A stretch of 63,725 bases of DNA, counting the filler, from Octopus bimaculoides (Eukaryota): assembly GCF_001194135.2 (NCBI RefSeq). It is 6 parts of 6 records of this genome, joined end to end, with 100 filler letters (N's around TTAATTAATTAA, not from the genome) between each part and the next. Parts side by side here need not be neighbours in the genome. Positions count along the whole stretch, not along the records: positions 37,675 to 53,453 come from NC_068983.1; 5 more parts are not named here. One strand, 5' to 3'. This document shows positions 39,461 to 51,790 of the stretch, piece by piece. A program made the translations under genes and the position numbers. Below the pieces are notes generated by a model that was given only the letters and a program-made list of their open reading frames with translations, did no database searches and was not told the DNA's origin. Positions within the stretch are counted from its first letter, which is position 1; every line of letters begins with the position of its first letter.

Positions 39461-40081
39461 AAGAGAAAGAGAGCATGTACATATTCTTTGATCCGTGTAA
39501 ATATCCAGGAAAAAGTCAACTGGTGAGTGGAGACAGAAGTAATTCAAACATGAATATTATAAATATTCATTCTAACAATGAAGTTTTCAAGTGTCTGGTA
39601 AATTATAATCTTAACGACTTTCTTCAGACATTCAAATATAAACCAAACAAATAGATAATCATCATCGTTAAATGTCTATGTTCTGTGTAGGCATGAGCTG
39701 AATCTGAATTCTAAAGGGTTAAACTGATTTGCCTTGTAGCCATTCTTTTTCTGTTTTGTCCCCTTCTCTCATACTTTAATCTCTTATCTCCTAGCATATC
39801 CGCCTCCATACGCACATGTATATCATGACTCATTCACTTTTTGTACATAATTCTATGTACTGTATGTGTGCCTTTGATGAGCTGTAGTGCACCTGAGCCC
39901 TATACAGGATCTAATGGGTTCAAGGACTGCAACATGCCCCAGTATTTACTTTGTCATGGTTTCTATGACTGGATGCTCTTCTTAATGCAAGAACTGGGTG
40001 TTTATTGTTCATGACACCAGCACTAGTGAGGCTGTTGGGCACTTTGCAAGATTATGAACTCTGAAGTGCGGAATGAGGGTT

Positions 40082-40115
<34 letters not shown>

Positions 40116-40117
<2 letters not shown>

Positions 40118-40600
40118 CGAGAAAGCAACCATACTCTGGGATATGCCAATACACACAGATAGAGAAATTAAGGCAAATAGATCAGATATAGTTGTCAAAG
40201 ATCATGAAGAAAAAAATGCTTTCTAATTGATGTATCAATACCAGCAGATGACAACATTTCTCTAAAAGAAATGGAAAAACTTTCAAAATACAAAGACCTG
40301 GAAATAGAGATAACTCGAATGTGGAATCTAAAAACAGAAACAATTCCTATCATAGTAGGTGCCTTAGGTATAATAAAAAAATATTCAGACAAATACATAA
40401 CAAAAACACCAGGACTTACAAATATATATAACATACAGAAAATTTCACTACTGGGTACTGCACACATCCTACGCAAAACACTTTCAATACAGTAACCATA
40501 AGAGTACCACAGCAAACCACAGCACATACCCAAGGCACACAGAGCTGTGCTCGGTAGTGAAGTGAAAGCACGTTATAAAAATAAAACTACTGAACCATAA
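40116..40600 (+). mobile_element. RLE-type (R4/Dong-like) LINE 3' end flanked by (AAT)n on both sides
   Basis: ILWDMPIHTDREIKANRSDIVVKD..CFLIDVSIP.D..KEMEKLSKYKDL..PIIVGALG..LLGTAHILRKTLSIQ*; one frameshift. Confidence 0.85.
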
Positions 40601-40841
40601 TAATAATAATGAAATCATTGTGTGTAGTGCTTAGGTGCACTACAACTCATCAAAGGTGCATGTACAGTATATAGAATTATACAAAAGTCAGGAAAGTGAA
40701 GAGTGTATGAGTCATAATATACATGTGTGCATGCATTTAGAGGGGAAGGGGTTATGCTAGGATATAAGGGGTTAAAGTATGAAAGAAGGGGACAGAGCAG
40801 AAAAGGTTTCTTGCAAAAGAAGGGCTACAAGGCAAATCAAT

Positions 40842-41082
40842 TTAACCCTTTAGAATTCAGAATATTTTGTCAAATGTAAGGCTTTTTTTTATTCTCCTGG
40901 TTTTGAATTAATCATGCATTATCTTTAACTTTGAAATTTTGATGATGGGATTGTATATTTTTAAAATGATTTTTAGAATGACATTGAAGGGTAGGTAGGA
41001 CAGACTGGATCTGGCTGGTTTCAACAAAAAACATGTAGAATATTTGGGCTGGATTTGGCCAGTTTTATTGCTAAAGGGTTAA
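40842..41082. mobile_element. piggyBac-type MITE (233 bp) with TTAA target duplication
   Basis: TTAA-CCCTTTAG ... CTAAAGGG-TTAA; homologous to 35343-35582; a lone end also sits at about 39700-39722. Confidence 0.85.
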
Positions 41083-41713
41083 GAAAAGGGAGTGAGCATG
41101 ATCGAGTGGAGCTCGATAGAGATAAAATACTAGTGATGAGGTATCAGGGTAGCTTCTCAAGGTATGAGGTAAGCTGAAGTGAATGGAGACAGAAGAATTG
41201 GGAGTGTGGGTGGGGTAGTGGAGGTGGTGTGGNNNNNNNNNNGGGGGGGTACAAGAGTATATAGGTGAGTGAGAGATGAGGGAATGGGTGATAGGAGGGA
41301 AGGTAGGCAACAGCTGTAAAGACAGACAGGGTAGGGCTGAAGGGCTGATAAATATAATTTGAAACATAACTGAGAGGTCTCCTAAAATAAACATTGCATG
41401 ATGATATATATAAACTGATACTGTTGTTGTTGTTGATGATGATGATGATGATGGTGATAATGTTGATGATTGGTGGTGGGGAATAGGTTACAGGAAGAAA
41501 ATGATCAAGGTGATTGTTTTACATGAGAGTTTAATAAATTTATATTTTATATCTCAAAAATTGTCAAGAAAGGAAAAGAGATAATAGGTCAGTAATGTGA
41601 GTAACATGACTCTGTGTGTGTGTGTGTTTGTCTGTGCGTGTGTGTTTGTAAGTGATTGTGTGTGCATGTATCTGTAACAGATTGTGAAAATGTGTGCATG
41701 ATGTAAGTGATTG

Positions 41714-41744
<31 letters not shown>

Positions 41745-42486
41745 CAACAAGAAAAAGGAAGAAGAAAAGGAGAGGGAAAAAGGAGGAAGAGAAACAGAGG
41801 AAGAAGAGAGTGGGAGGGAGAGAAAGAGATACAGAAGACAAAGACATTAATTACCTAAACTGAAATGATCTTTTGTATTGGATTTTGAAAAATTCAGGTT
41901 ACCTACAAATCCTTCTTTATGTAGATTGAAATGGGGTGGAAGGGAGGGAGGGAAAGAAAATTTAAAAAAACAAAACAAAAAACAAACATCTAAATATTCA
42001 ATCAAAGACGTATGTATACACTAACATAAACACGCATATACATACAACACAAGCTAAATATACAAAACATGTTAAAGTATGTCATTAATTGGCGTAAAGT
42101 AGTTGTACACTGAAGTCTCCATATGTAAACATGTTTTAGTAGAATATCTGGTTCAATATCTGAGAGGATTGAAACTTAACCGTTCCAAGATATATGAAAG
42201 AGGCATGGTGATAAGTTAGAAACACATTTCTTAACTGTATTGTCTTAAGAAACAGTAAGTATGTATCTGGGCGTGTATGTATAAATACATATATATATAT
42301 ATATATATATACTAGACTACCCATGATCTGTTGGGTTACCAATAATTCAAGCTACTGGGGAAAGTCTGAGTTTCTCAGCAATGGAGTTTTGTTTCGTGTT
42401 TTTTTCTCTTTTCCGGGTTATTTTGCATGCTTTCAATGAATGTGACATCAAAATCAGGCGTAAACGGCTCTTTTCCCCAGAAAAGG

Positions 42487-42607
42487 AAGATTTGGCTGCT
42501 ATTTCTTGCACGTCCTGCTACCACGTAACAGGTATTTCAGGTTCCTTATCACAAATAGCTGTTACGAGGTAGCAGGGCGTGCTAGCTAGTAATAGCAGCC
42601 AAATCTT
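42487..42607. repeat. Imperfect hairpin, ~50-bp arms and 15-nt loop
   Basis: AAGATTTGGCTGCTATT / AATAGCAGCCAAATCTT outer stem, internal loop, then a 30-bp inner stem with 3 non-Watson-Crick positions. Confidence 0.85.
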
Positions 42608-43565
42608 TGGCGGCAACATATGTTGAATGCACTCGAAAGAAACCTATGGAAAACTATTTCACACCGAGGTTACGAACAAGTCTTTTATGAAATATTTACT
42701 GTATTTTCAAAGTCATTTTCGCTTAAAAATATTTTGCCCATCATAATGTGTCTAATGGAAAAGTTAGAGTTTCTTCCCTTTCAGGGTTAAGCTATTTTCG
42801 GAGTATTTTCCCACTATGCACCATTTTGGGTATTTTTACCCCCAAAACCCCAAATATCTCAATAACCTGATTTATGCGAAACTTGTTTTATTCCATTTGT
42901 ATTCACATTTCAGGGGCACTTTACTTTCTAAGTATTTTCCCATTATGCACCAGTTTAACTATGTAACATTGAAAGCAAGCAAGATTGAAGTTCATTTTTA
43001 ATGTAATATAGATATATGTGTGTGTATGTATGTAGATTAGTTAGAATATTCATTAGAATCTAGGCACATCAACATGTAGGATGCCAAAAATGGCTAGGTT
43101 CAATAGCATAAGGTTCACAGTGTGTTGGCAGGATACTGTAGATATGTAAGTACCAAATTCAATTTAAACTGTAGATCCAACTCAAGGCTGGTTCTAGGTG
43201 TGAAACAGGTATAAAAAAAAAGTACACCTATGGTGCACCTAGAACCAATCCTGAATCGGATTAACAGTTTAATTTGTGTGCGTGTGTGCGCGCATGTGCG
43301 TGGTAGAAAGTTTGTGTCTCCTTCTTTCGACAGTATGTGATTGTTGTAAATGATTGTCTTTTATTTCCAACATTCTGTAAAAACATATATGGACATAGGA
43401 AAATATTTCCCTTGCAGTTAAGGCATCCAGCCACAGAAAATGTGCCTGAATAAACTCTGTCTGACCCCTGCAAGCATGAAAAAGTGGATGTTTGATGATG
43501 GCGAATGATGCTACATTTTTGTCCATGTAAGACAGTATCAAAAAGCACTCTCAGAAAATATTGTA

Positions 43566-43618
<53 letters not shown>

Positions 43619-44227
43619 ACGTGTGTTTGCTCTCCAACTCCTACAGAAGTCAACTGAAAATCAGTGTGCCCAAATTCTTGGGCACTAACATGAAATCAAG
43701 GTTAATAAAAACACACACATATTTGGTAAAAGACACTTGAAATTTCTTCATTTTTCGTAACTTTTTCCTTTTCTAAATATGAGGTAATACTAAACAATCA
43801 ACTAAAATACAGGTAAACATTTATAGATCTTAGAATTATTGATGAAGAAATAGTTTATTTCTTTTTCAAATCCACTCACTAAATTTGGTAGAATAGTGCT
43901 TTGAATATTCTTCTAAATATTTAATATTTTCTATATGGATTAACAGAAAAAAATAAATAAATAAATAAAAAAGTAATAAAAAATGTTATAGATGTATCAT
44001 ATTTTATAATAAACATATATAATTATAATTAAAAATAATAACAATAATGAGAATATAGTGTCCAGGTGTGCTACAACTCGTCAAAAGTACTGACACCTCA
44101 GGGTAATAAGATAAAATTGAATGTAACAGAAAATGTATACTTTTAAAGGCTACAATGAATCTATTACCATGCAGAAACTAAAAACACAGAATAAAGAAAA
44201 GTCTGCCACATCAGTTAAGTATCTTAC

Positions 44228-44602
44228 CTTGAAAGGAGCAATCGGCCAAGACCGTCTATTAAGAGTTGATTGATTTGAACGAACTGTCCGACGTTGGACA
44301 AAATTGTTTGTATTTGTATTATTTCCATTCATTGTGCCATGTTACAAAACCAAGTATTTTCCAAAAAAATAGGATTCTTTACAAAGAATTTTTTGCTTGT
44401 GCATGATTTAAAAAAGTTTTCCGATGAAGGCAAAAGAATTCTTGTTTGGTGTTGTACATGCATGTGTATATTACAAATAAAATTATTTCGGTGTAACAAC
44501 TTGTACAAGTTGCTAGTTTCTATTTGCAGTGTGCTTATTGGCTCACAAGTTTAAAAGACTGAGGTATAAACTTGTTCGAAAGACAAGATTTTTTATATAG
44601 AT
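44228..44602 (-). other. Candidate exon (5' UTR plus start of CDS) of an unidentified minus-strand gene
   Basis: Acceptor TTTTTTTTTTTCTTTAG| at 44603, donor CAAG|GTAAGA at 44227; ATG 44332 gives MNGNNTNTNNFVQRRTVRSNQSTLNRRSWPIAPFK (35 codons, phase 0). No homology recognised. Confidence 0.4.
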
Positions 44603-45159
44603 CTAAAGAAAAAAAAAATTTACGGTATTTCATCTATATTTATAAGTTATGAAACTACACTGGACTGATTTTTAGACTGCAGAAGAAAGTTTAAGAAGTT
44701 ATATATTTGAATGAGTATATAACTTAGCTGTAAATAATGATCTATTATATACTTGAAGTGTAAGATTAAGATAAAATTAATTCAATTCTGTATTTGTGTA
44801 TATACATACATATATATATGAAAGAGGGAGAGCTAGATGTATCCATGTATGTATGCATGTGTGATTTGGTATATATATATATATATATATATAAAGACAA
44901 TCAATAACTGTCAAATTGAAAGCCCAAAATAAGCAAAAGGTCACTTTGGGGACTTGACAGAATTTCAGGAAGGAGCTTGTCAAGGAAGGATAACATTTTT
45001 TTGTTGTTGTCTTATAAGAAAATGGAAGCAATAATATAATTCTAAAATTGCAACATATTTAATTAAAAGTAATTAACCGGAAAAAAAAAAAAAATGAATG
45101 CAACAACTTTCTTAATGGTCTTTAAATTAAATAAGAAATTTTGCAATTATTTAACACAC

Positions 45160-45231
<72 letters not shown>

Positions 45232-46162
45232 AACACACGTTCAAGTGAAAAGTTGAATATAAAAAAAAGTATATTAAGAGTATAAGTTAAATTGTTTGGC
45301 AAATTAAAAAAGTTTTAAACTGTAATTAACCCTAATTATAAGGTCTTAATAATAGTAGAAAATAAAATTTTAGGAAAGTCAGATAAAATTAAAATACCTA
45401 CGTCAGCAAAAATTAATTAGCCACATGAAATTAATTGTTAATCTTAAGTATTTCAATAATTCCATGAATAAAGGAGATAATTATTGAAAAACATCACACG
45501 TGTGTGTGTGTGTGTGTGTGTTGCAAAAAGTCTTAGAAAAAGATCAGGAAAGAGTGTTGGGCAGGGAAGTGTCTAGAAAGGAAGGTAATCTATCGCAACT
45601 TAGAAGATTTTGAAATCTTTCTATTTCTTGTTTTGAAGAAGAGAAATAATAAAAACTCCATGTGTACGGCCTGTTTAGAAAGTTAGGAAAGATGCTTGCG
45701 AGAGGAGGGAGACACTTGTGTACAGGTAATATATTCCACTTGTGTTGTCCTTGTGCCATGCTAATGTTGGCAGCAAGCAGCAGTATACAATAGGACAGCC
45801 GGACAGGGTGTTGGCACAATCCATCTGTTCCCCTCTCTCGCTGTCTATCACAAACACACACACACGTACATACACATCATATATCATATACATACACAGG
45901 TACAGACACACATGCCTGCCCACCTCCGCTTTCACTCTTTCTTTATCACTCTCTCTCTCTCTCTCTCTCTCACTCACTCTCTGTAGGCTTCACTCTTCAC
46001 TACACGTCTGTACTGAACTGAACTGTTGCAGTTCCTAACAGGACTGATGTGCTTACTTTCAGTACTAGAGTTGGTTAGTCAATTGGAGAAACTAGTAATC
46101 CAAGGAAATCTCAGACAACTTCAGTCAGGCAGAGGGGAAAGTGCATGAGAAAGAGAGAGAGT

Positions 46163-46204
<42 letters not shown>

Positions 46205-46534
46205 NNNNNNNNNNAGTAACCATTTCACATAGTCACCACAGTAAACTTATTCTCCCCACCACTGTTCCTCCTTCAAACACATATTAGTTTCCTTTAAGAT
46301 ATTATTGGAAATTGCACCTTAACAACAACAACAACAATTACAATAATAAGAGAGGTATCAAGCAACAACCATATTTCTTCAGTACATTATTTTGCTTCTG
46401 CTAAATAGCTACGTGGAAAGAAAAAAGTTGTTAAAAGCTATTTAGTTACATAGGTTATGAGTTATTTACATAACCATAAATATAGAAAGAGAGTTAGAAC
46501 TTAAAAACTATTACTTGGTTTGGAGTGATGATGG

Positions 46535-46573
<39 letters not shown>

Positions 46574-46653
46574 TAATAATAATTTCTTTTATTAGCCGCA
46601 AAGGCTCACATACACTAAAATTAAAAGACAAGCAACAGCATAGAGCAACAATT

Positions 46654-46965
46654 GGAGCAGGAGTGGCTGTGTGGTAAGTAGCTTGCTTCCCAACCACATG
46701 GTTCCGGGTTCATTCCCACTGCGTGGCACCTTGGGCAAGTGTCTTCTACTATAGCCCCGGGCCGACCAAAGCCTTGTGAGTGGATTTGGTAGACGGAAAC
46801 TGAAAAGAAGCCCGTCATATATATGTATATATGTATGTGTGTGTATATGTTTGTGTCTGTGTTTGTCCCCCCAACATCGCTTGACAACCGATGCTGGTGT
46901 GTTTACGTCCCCGTAACTTAGTGGTTCGGCAAAAGAGACCGATAGAATAAGTACTAGGCTTCCAA
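46654..46965 (+). mobile_element. SINE-A, young copy truncated by a gap
   Basis: Close match to the family head and core; CpGs retained. Confidence 0.85.
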
Positions 46966-47544
46966 NNNNNNNNNNNNNNNNNNNNNNNNNNNNNNNNNNN
47001 NNNNNNNNNNNNNNNNNNNNNNNNNNNNNNNNNNNNNNNNNNNNNNNNNNNNNNNNNNNNNNNNNNNNNNNNNNNNNNNNNNNNNNNNNNNNNNNNNNNN
47101 NNNNNNNNNNNNNNNNNNNNNNNNNNNNNNNNNNNNNNNNNNNNNNNNNNNNNNNNNNNNNNNNNNNNNNNNNNNNNNNNNNNNNNNNNNNNNNNNNNNN
47201 NNNNNNNNNNNNNNNNNNNNNNNNNNNNNNNNNNNNNNNNNNNNNNNNNNNNNNNNNNNNNNNNNNNNNNNNNNNNNNNNNNNNNNNNNNNNNNNNNNNN
47301 NNNNNNNNNNNNNNNNNNNNNNNNNNNNNNNNNNNNNNNNNNNNNNNNNNNNNNNNNNNNNNNNNNNNNNNNNNNNNNNNNNNNNNNNNNNNNNNNNNNN
47401 NNNNNNNNNNNNNNNNNNNNNNNNNNNNNNNNNNNNNNNNNNNNNNNNNNNNNNNNNNNNNNNNNNNNNNNNNNNNNNNNNNNNNNNNNNNNNNNNNNNN
47501 NNNNNNNNNNNNNNNNNNNNNNNNNNNNNNNNNNNNNNNNNNNN

Positions 47545-47992
47545 TAGAAAAGTTGATGAGAGCTTGGTCAAAGAGGAAAGTATCTGTTTTTAGCTCTTTC
47601 AAATGGATCCACCATACTGCCTCTTTCGCTACAGCCACTAGACAAATAAAAATTGTCTGCTGTTCCCGGCCAAAAGCGGGCGGTGGGGCAATCCTCACAA
47701 TGAATTCAGCTGACAGCTGGATCTGTCCCACACGTGACAGCAGGTGTTTGACAAACCCACAGGTCAGCAATACTCGGGCACTGGACTAGGGCGTGCAGAA
47801 CGGTTTCATCATTCTGGGCACACCTCAAGCCGGCCTGCCTGACGGCACTTCCATACCTGTAAAGTTTATCCCAAACAGGTAGCACCCCTCGGTAGAACTG
47901 CCAGGTAAGGGATTTCCGGAAGTTATCTTTAAGTCCAGGCCTGAAAGTTCTCCGAAATAGACTGGTTAGTTGATCTTCATCGATGCCCAAAA
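47545..47992 (-). mobile_element. Tx1/L1-clade LINE ORF2 C-terminal fragment (zf-RVT region)
   Basis: ..SLTWQFYRGVLPV.DKLY..RCAQNDETVLHALVQCP..LW..: C-x2-C(degenerate)..H..C zinc-binding region of L1/Tx1 ORF2, frameshifted. Confidence 0.8.
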
Positions 47993-48274
47993 ATTTAGTG
48001 GGGATGGGGATTGTTGATTACATTGATCCCAAAGTGCGTGTGTGTATTTGCAAGTGTGTGTGTGTTTGCATGTGCGTTTATTTGATTATTAACTGAGTTA
48101 TCACAACTCAAGGAAGTACTCTGTATTATGGATGCAGAGATATTTCTTCTATTAACCCAATTTTGCCTTCCACACACTCACACACATACATATATACCAT
48201 TTGTTTCCACCCAGCTGATGTAGACACACACACACATACACACACACATATATTTATATGTATGTATGTATATA

Positions 48275-48450
48275 TACATCAGCTGGACAGAGACAAAATG
48301 CTACATAGGAAATGTGGAAGGAAAATTTACAGACATCAATCAATTTTCTTCCTTTAAGCACCAAGAGACACAAATAACCCCCATGGTATCAATCTTGAAG
48401 CATAACAATGCTGACATCAACTGGAAGATATGCTTTCTCTGTGTAATCGA
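48275..48450 (+). mobile_element. Possible Penelope-like GIY-YIG endonuclease fragment
   Basis: TKCYIGNVEGKF..SSFKH..ILKHNNADINWKI resembles the YIG.TE..F..H..SF..W.LK....WKI pattern of PLE endonucleases. Confidence 0.4.
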
Positions 48451-49252
48451 TGAAATATATGTTCCATATGTTCATTTGAAAAACTGTCTTTTCAAGAACC
48501 TAAAAACTTCCAGGGATTGTATAAATACCAAAAGCAAAATATTATGTCAGGATTTTACAAAGTATATTTTAACAAGAATTAAAGATAGACCAGCAGGCAG
48601 GCCGTAACCAATTTCAGTGATGGTTTACAAAATTTTTATGTTGCATCAGAGACCTGTTTATGTTTTCTGTTCAGTAATTACCACCTCTCGAATACTCCAT
48701 CTTTTTCAAACCATGCATGCTTGTTTAAATGTTACTTACATCAAATGCAGTTACTAAACCACCTTGTTGGTATTGCCAGCTTTAAAAAGAAATGATGAAA
48801 TAAGCTTAATATACTGGCCAAAAAAAACCTGGGTAGCTGAATTTCACAAAGATTTTTATATGGTTCTTCTTAATAATTGTATTCTTAATAACAATATGTA
48901 TGTATGTATTGTGTATACGTACATTTAGTAATTATCATTACTGAAGACTATTTATTGTTTCATGTTAGTGTCCAGGTATTTGGACACAGTGAACTTCTGT
49001 GGATTTGTCTGCTTTCCTAGTACATTGATCAACCATATGGTGGTGTTCATCTAAGGTTCTATATACATACATGTGTATACACACACATGAAAGTTTCAAA
49101 CAGCAAGAATGAGGAGCAACACCACATTTGGTAGGTAAGTATATTTTTTAGTCTCATCTAACATGGAGGCTGATTATCAACATCCTTAAGAGGATCATTT
49201 GAAAAATTTTGGAATTTTCTACATGAAATTATTGGTAGCTTTGTTAATCCAC

Positions 49253-49294
<42 letters not shown>

Positions 49295-50721
49295 GCTAGA
49301 ACTCCATCAAAAACAAAACCCTAAAACAAAATGAATCTTCTAACAGACTCAAAGATATGACTTCTTATTCAGTCAACAGAACAATTAGCTCTCTGAAATG
49401 TGATGTCTTTGACTATTTCACAAACAATATAATCCTATGCCACACACTGTGTGGAACTACTGGCTCTTTGAATTAGAGGCACAGTTGATTTGAAAGGCTT
49501 CTTAACAGTTTCCACTTGATTTCACAAACAAGGCTTTTGTTGAACTGAGGTTATGGTACAAGAGACTTGCACCAGGTACTGTTCAGCGGGATTGAACATG
49601 GAACTGTCTGATTGCAAAACAAGCTACTTAACCACATAGATCTTGCATGTACCCATTTTATAAGAGTGCTTTAAATGAATGAGTACCTACAACAAACACC
49701 TCATCACCACTACTATTATCTTTATAACTGAGTAGTGAAAAAGTAGAGAGGTGAAAGGCTTGCTGTAATATCAGCAGCTTGTCTGTAGACAGACAGACAT
49801 GTTGGCAGGCAGTTTGTCAAAATAGAGAGGGAGAGTGGGAGGGAGAATGGTAAAAGAAAGTAATATGAGGCAGAATAGGTAAAATGTAAAAAGTTACAAA
49901 GGATTCAAAGAAATTTGTAGCATTTTTATTTTAAAATTTCACTCATTGTTCACATAATAGTCATAAATATACACAAATCTGTAAACACAAACTGCTATAA
50001 CAAAATCAATTGAAATACAACTGTAAAACAGTAAAGAAACATTTAATAACCTCCCCTCCACAAACGCAAGTACAAATATATATAAAAATGTCTAAGTCTT
50101 ATGACTGCTGGAATGAAGACAGAACAATTGCTGTGCTGTCTAAGGCAGAAACACCTGTCCACAGCTGTCCTCTTGACTTCAGAACCAAAAACAAAAATAA
50201 ATCAGACTATCATTTTCTTAATGGTATATCATTTACAGAGACAGACCTGAAACTGACCTGCAATAGAAAGAGCATGTCATTGACTGGCAACGAGAAGACT
50301 TTCACAAACCCAGTTGATTGACTGACTAACCAAATGATTAATCAAACGATTAGTTCATTGGTGAAATAGATAACCAATTGACAAACAAGTAATAAAGAAG
50401 TGAAATAGTACCAGTGAATGTGTTTATTATTGGCACAATGACCCTCCCAAGATATGGCAAATGTAGTTCAACATACAAGTTTATATCAGGAAACTTGCAA
50501 ATCTTTATATTGTTTCCTTTTATCATTCAGAGTTGGCTGCAGCTGCTACTATGCCTATGTTTCCTGCCTCATGAAGCGAAAATGATTTCAATAAACGAAT
50601 ATACTTTGTACGGTATTTAATATACCTGTACTTGCAATTATAATCCAACTTATCTCATTTTATTTTATATACATACATGTGTGTGTGAATATGAATATAT
50701 CTTTTTTTGCTTTTTTTAAAT

Positions 50722-50946
50722 ATCTTTTTACTCCTTTTAGTCACTAAATTGTAGCCATGTGGGGGGAGGGGGCGTTGCCTTGAAGAATTTTAGCTGCATG
50801 AATCCCAGTACATATTTTTTAAAGCCTGGTATTTATTCTATCGGTGACTTTTGCTGAACTGCTAAGTTATGGGGATGTAAACACACCAACACCGATTGTC
50901 AAGCAGTGACAGGGTACACACAGACACAAAGACATGCATACAGATA

Positions 50947-50988
<42 letters not shown>

Positions 50989-51147
50989 GCACCCATACAT
51001 ACATATATATAATATGAAAGACTACTTTCAGTTTCTGTCAACAAAATTCACTCACAAGTACTTGGTAAGCTCAAGGCTATAGCAGAAGACATATGCCCAA
51101 GGGGGGACTGAACCTGGAACCATGTGGTTTGGAAGAAAACTTCTTAC
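50722..51147 (-). mobile_element. SINE-A, degenerate full-length copy
   Basis: Tail, internal dinucleotide tract and head are recognisable. Confidence 0.75.
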
Positions 51148-51202
51148 AAGGATATATATATACATATATATATGCATGTGTGTGTATGTGTGTGTGAGTG
51201 TA

Positions 51203-51265
<63 letters not shown>

Positions 51266-51371
51266 CTTATCTCTCTCCTGTTTCCAAGTGAGGTAGCCAT
51301 GTATCTCCTCCTCTACTACAAGACATCTATTCTATCCTTTTATTCATAATCAAACCTCTAATCATACGGTA

Positions 51372-51428
51372 AACACTACTGCTCTCAACACTACTGCTCT
51401 CAACACTACTGCTCTCAACACTACTCTC
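51372..51428. repeat. 15-bp minisatellite (AACACTACTGCTCTC), about 3.7 units
   Basis: Direct. Confidence 0.9.
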
Positions 51429-51444
51429 ATCTCAGATGAGAAAT

Positions 51445-51650
51445 TTTGACTTGCAAGTTACTTGGTAATATCACTGCTGCTGGTGCCACATAGAAAGCAC
51501 CCAGTACACCATGTAAAGTGGTTGGCATTAGGAAGAGCATTCAGCTGTAGAGACCATGCCAAAACAGAGAGTGGAGGTTGGCATAGTCTTCTAACTTGTC
51601 AGCTACTGTCAAACAATCCTTGCCAGCATAGAAGGAGGGCATTTAATGAT
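51445..51650 (+). mobile_element. RTE-related SINE/LINE-tail repeat fragment
   Basis: GTGGTTGGCATTAGGAAGAGCATTCAGCTGTAGA..GCCAGCAT..TTTAATGATGAT; related fragments near 37770, 39660 and 43410-43510. Confidence 0.55.
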
Positions 51651-51790
51651 GATAATCTATCTATCTATCTATCTACCTATGTGTGAGTGTTTCATATATA
51701 TATATGTCTATATATAGATGTATATAGCTGTCTAAATATGTCTATATATACATATCTATCTAGCCATCCATCTATTCATATATATATATA

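Noticed and set aside
43190-43246. 11-bp inverted repeat GGTTCTAGGTG/CACCTAGAACC
   Set aside because: Short, with weak inner pairing; could be a tiny MITE remnant or chance.
43269-43541. Minus-strand ORF after a good acceptor (..CTTGCAG|GGGTCAG)
   Set aside because: The sequence is the reverse of the RTE-related repeat tail (GGCATCCAGCC..GCATG..GATGATG), so it is repeat-derived.
44168-44177. 10-nt microexon-like segment with acceptor and donor
   Set aside because: It would need a 50-nt intron and changes the frame; motif matches are expected by chance in AT-rich DNA.
39505-49140. Isolated plus-strand donor consensus sites (about 39520, 42256, 45725, 49135)
   Set aside because: No convincing paired acceptor or coding frame; several such hexamers are expected at random.
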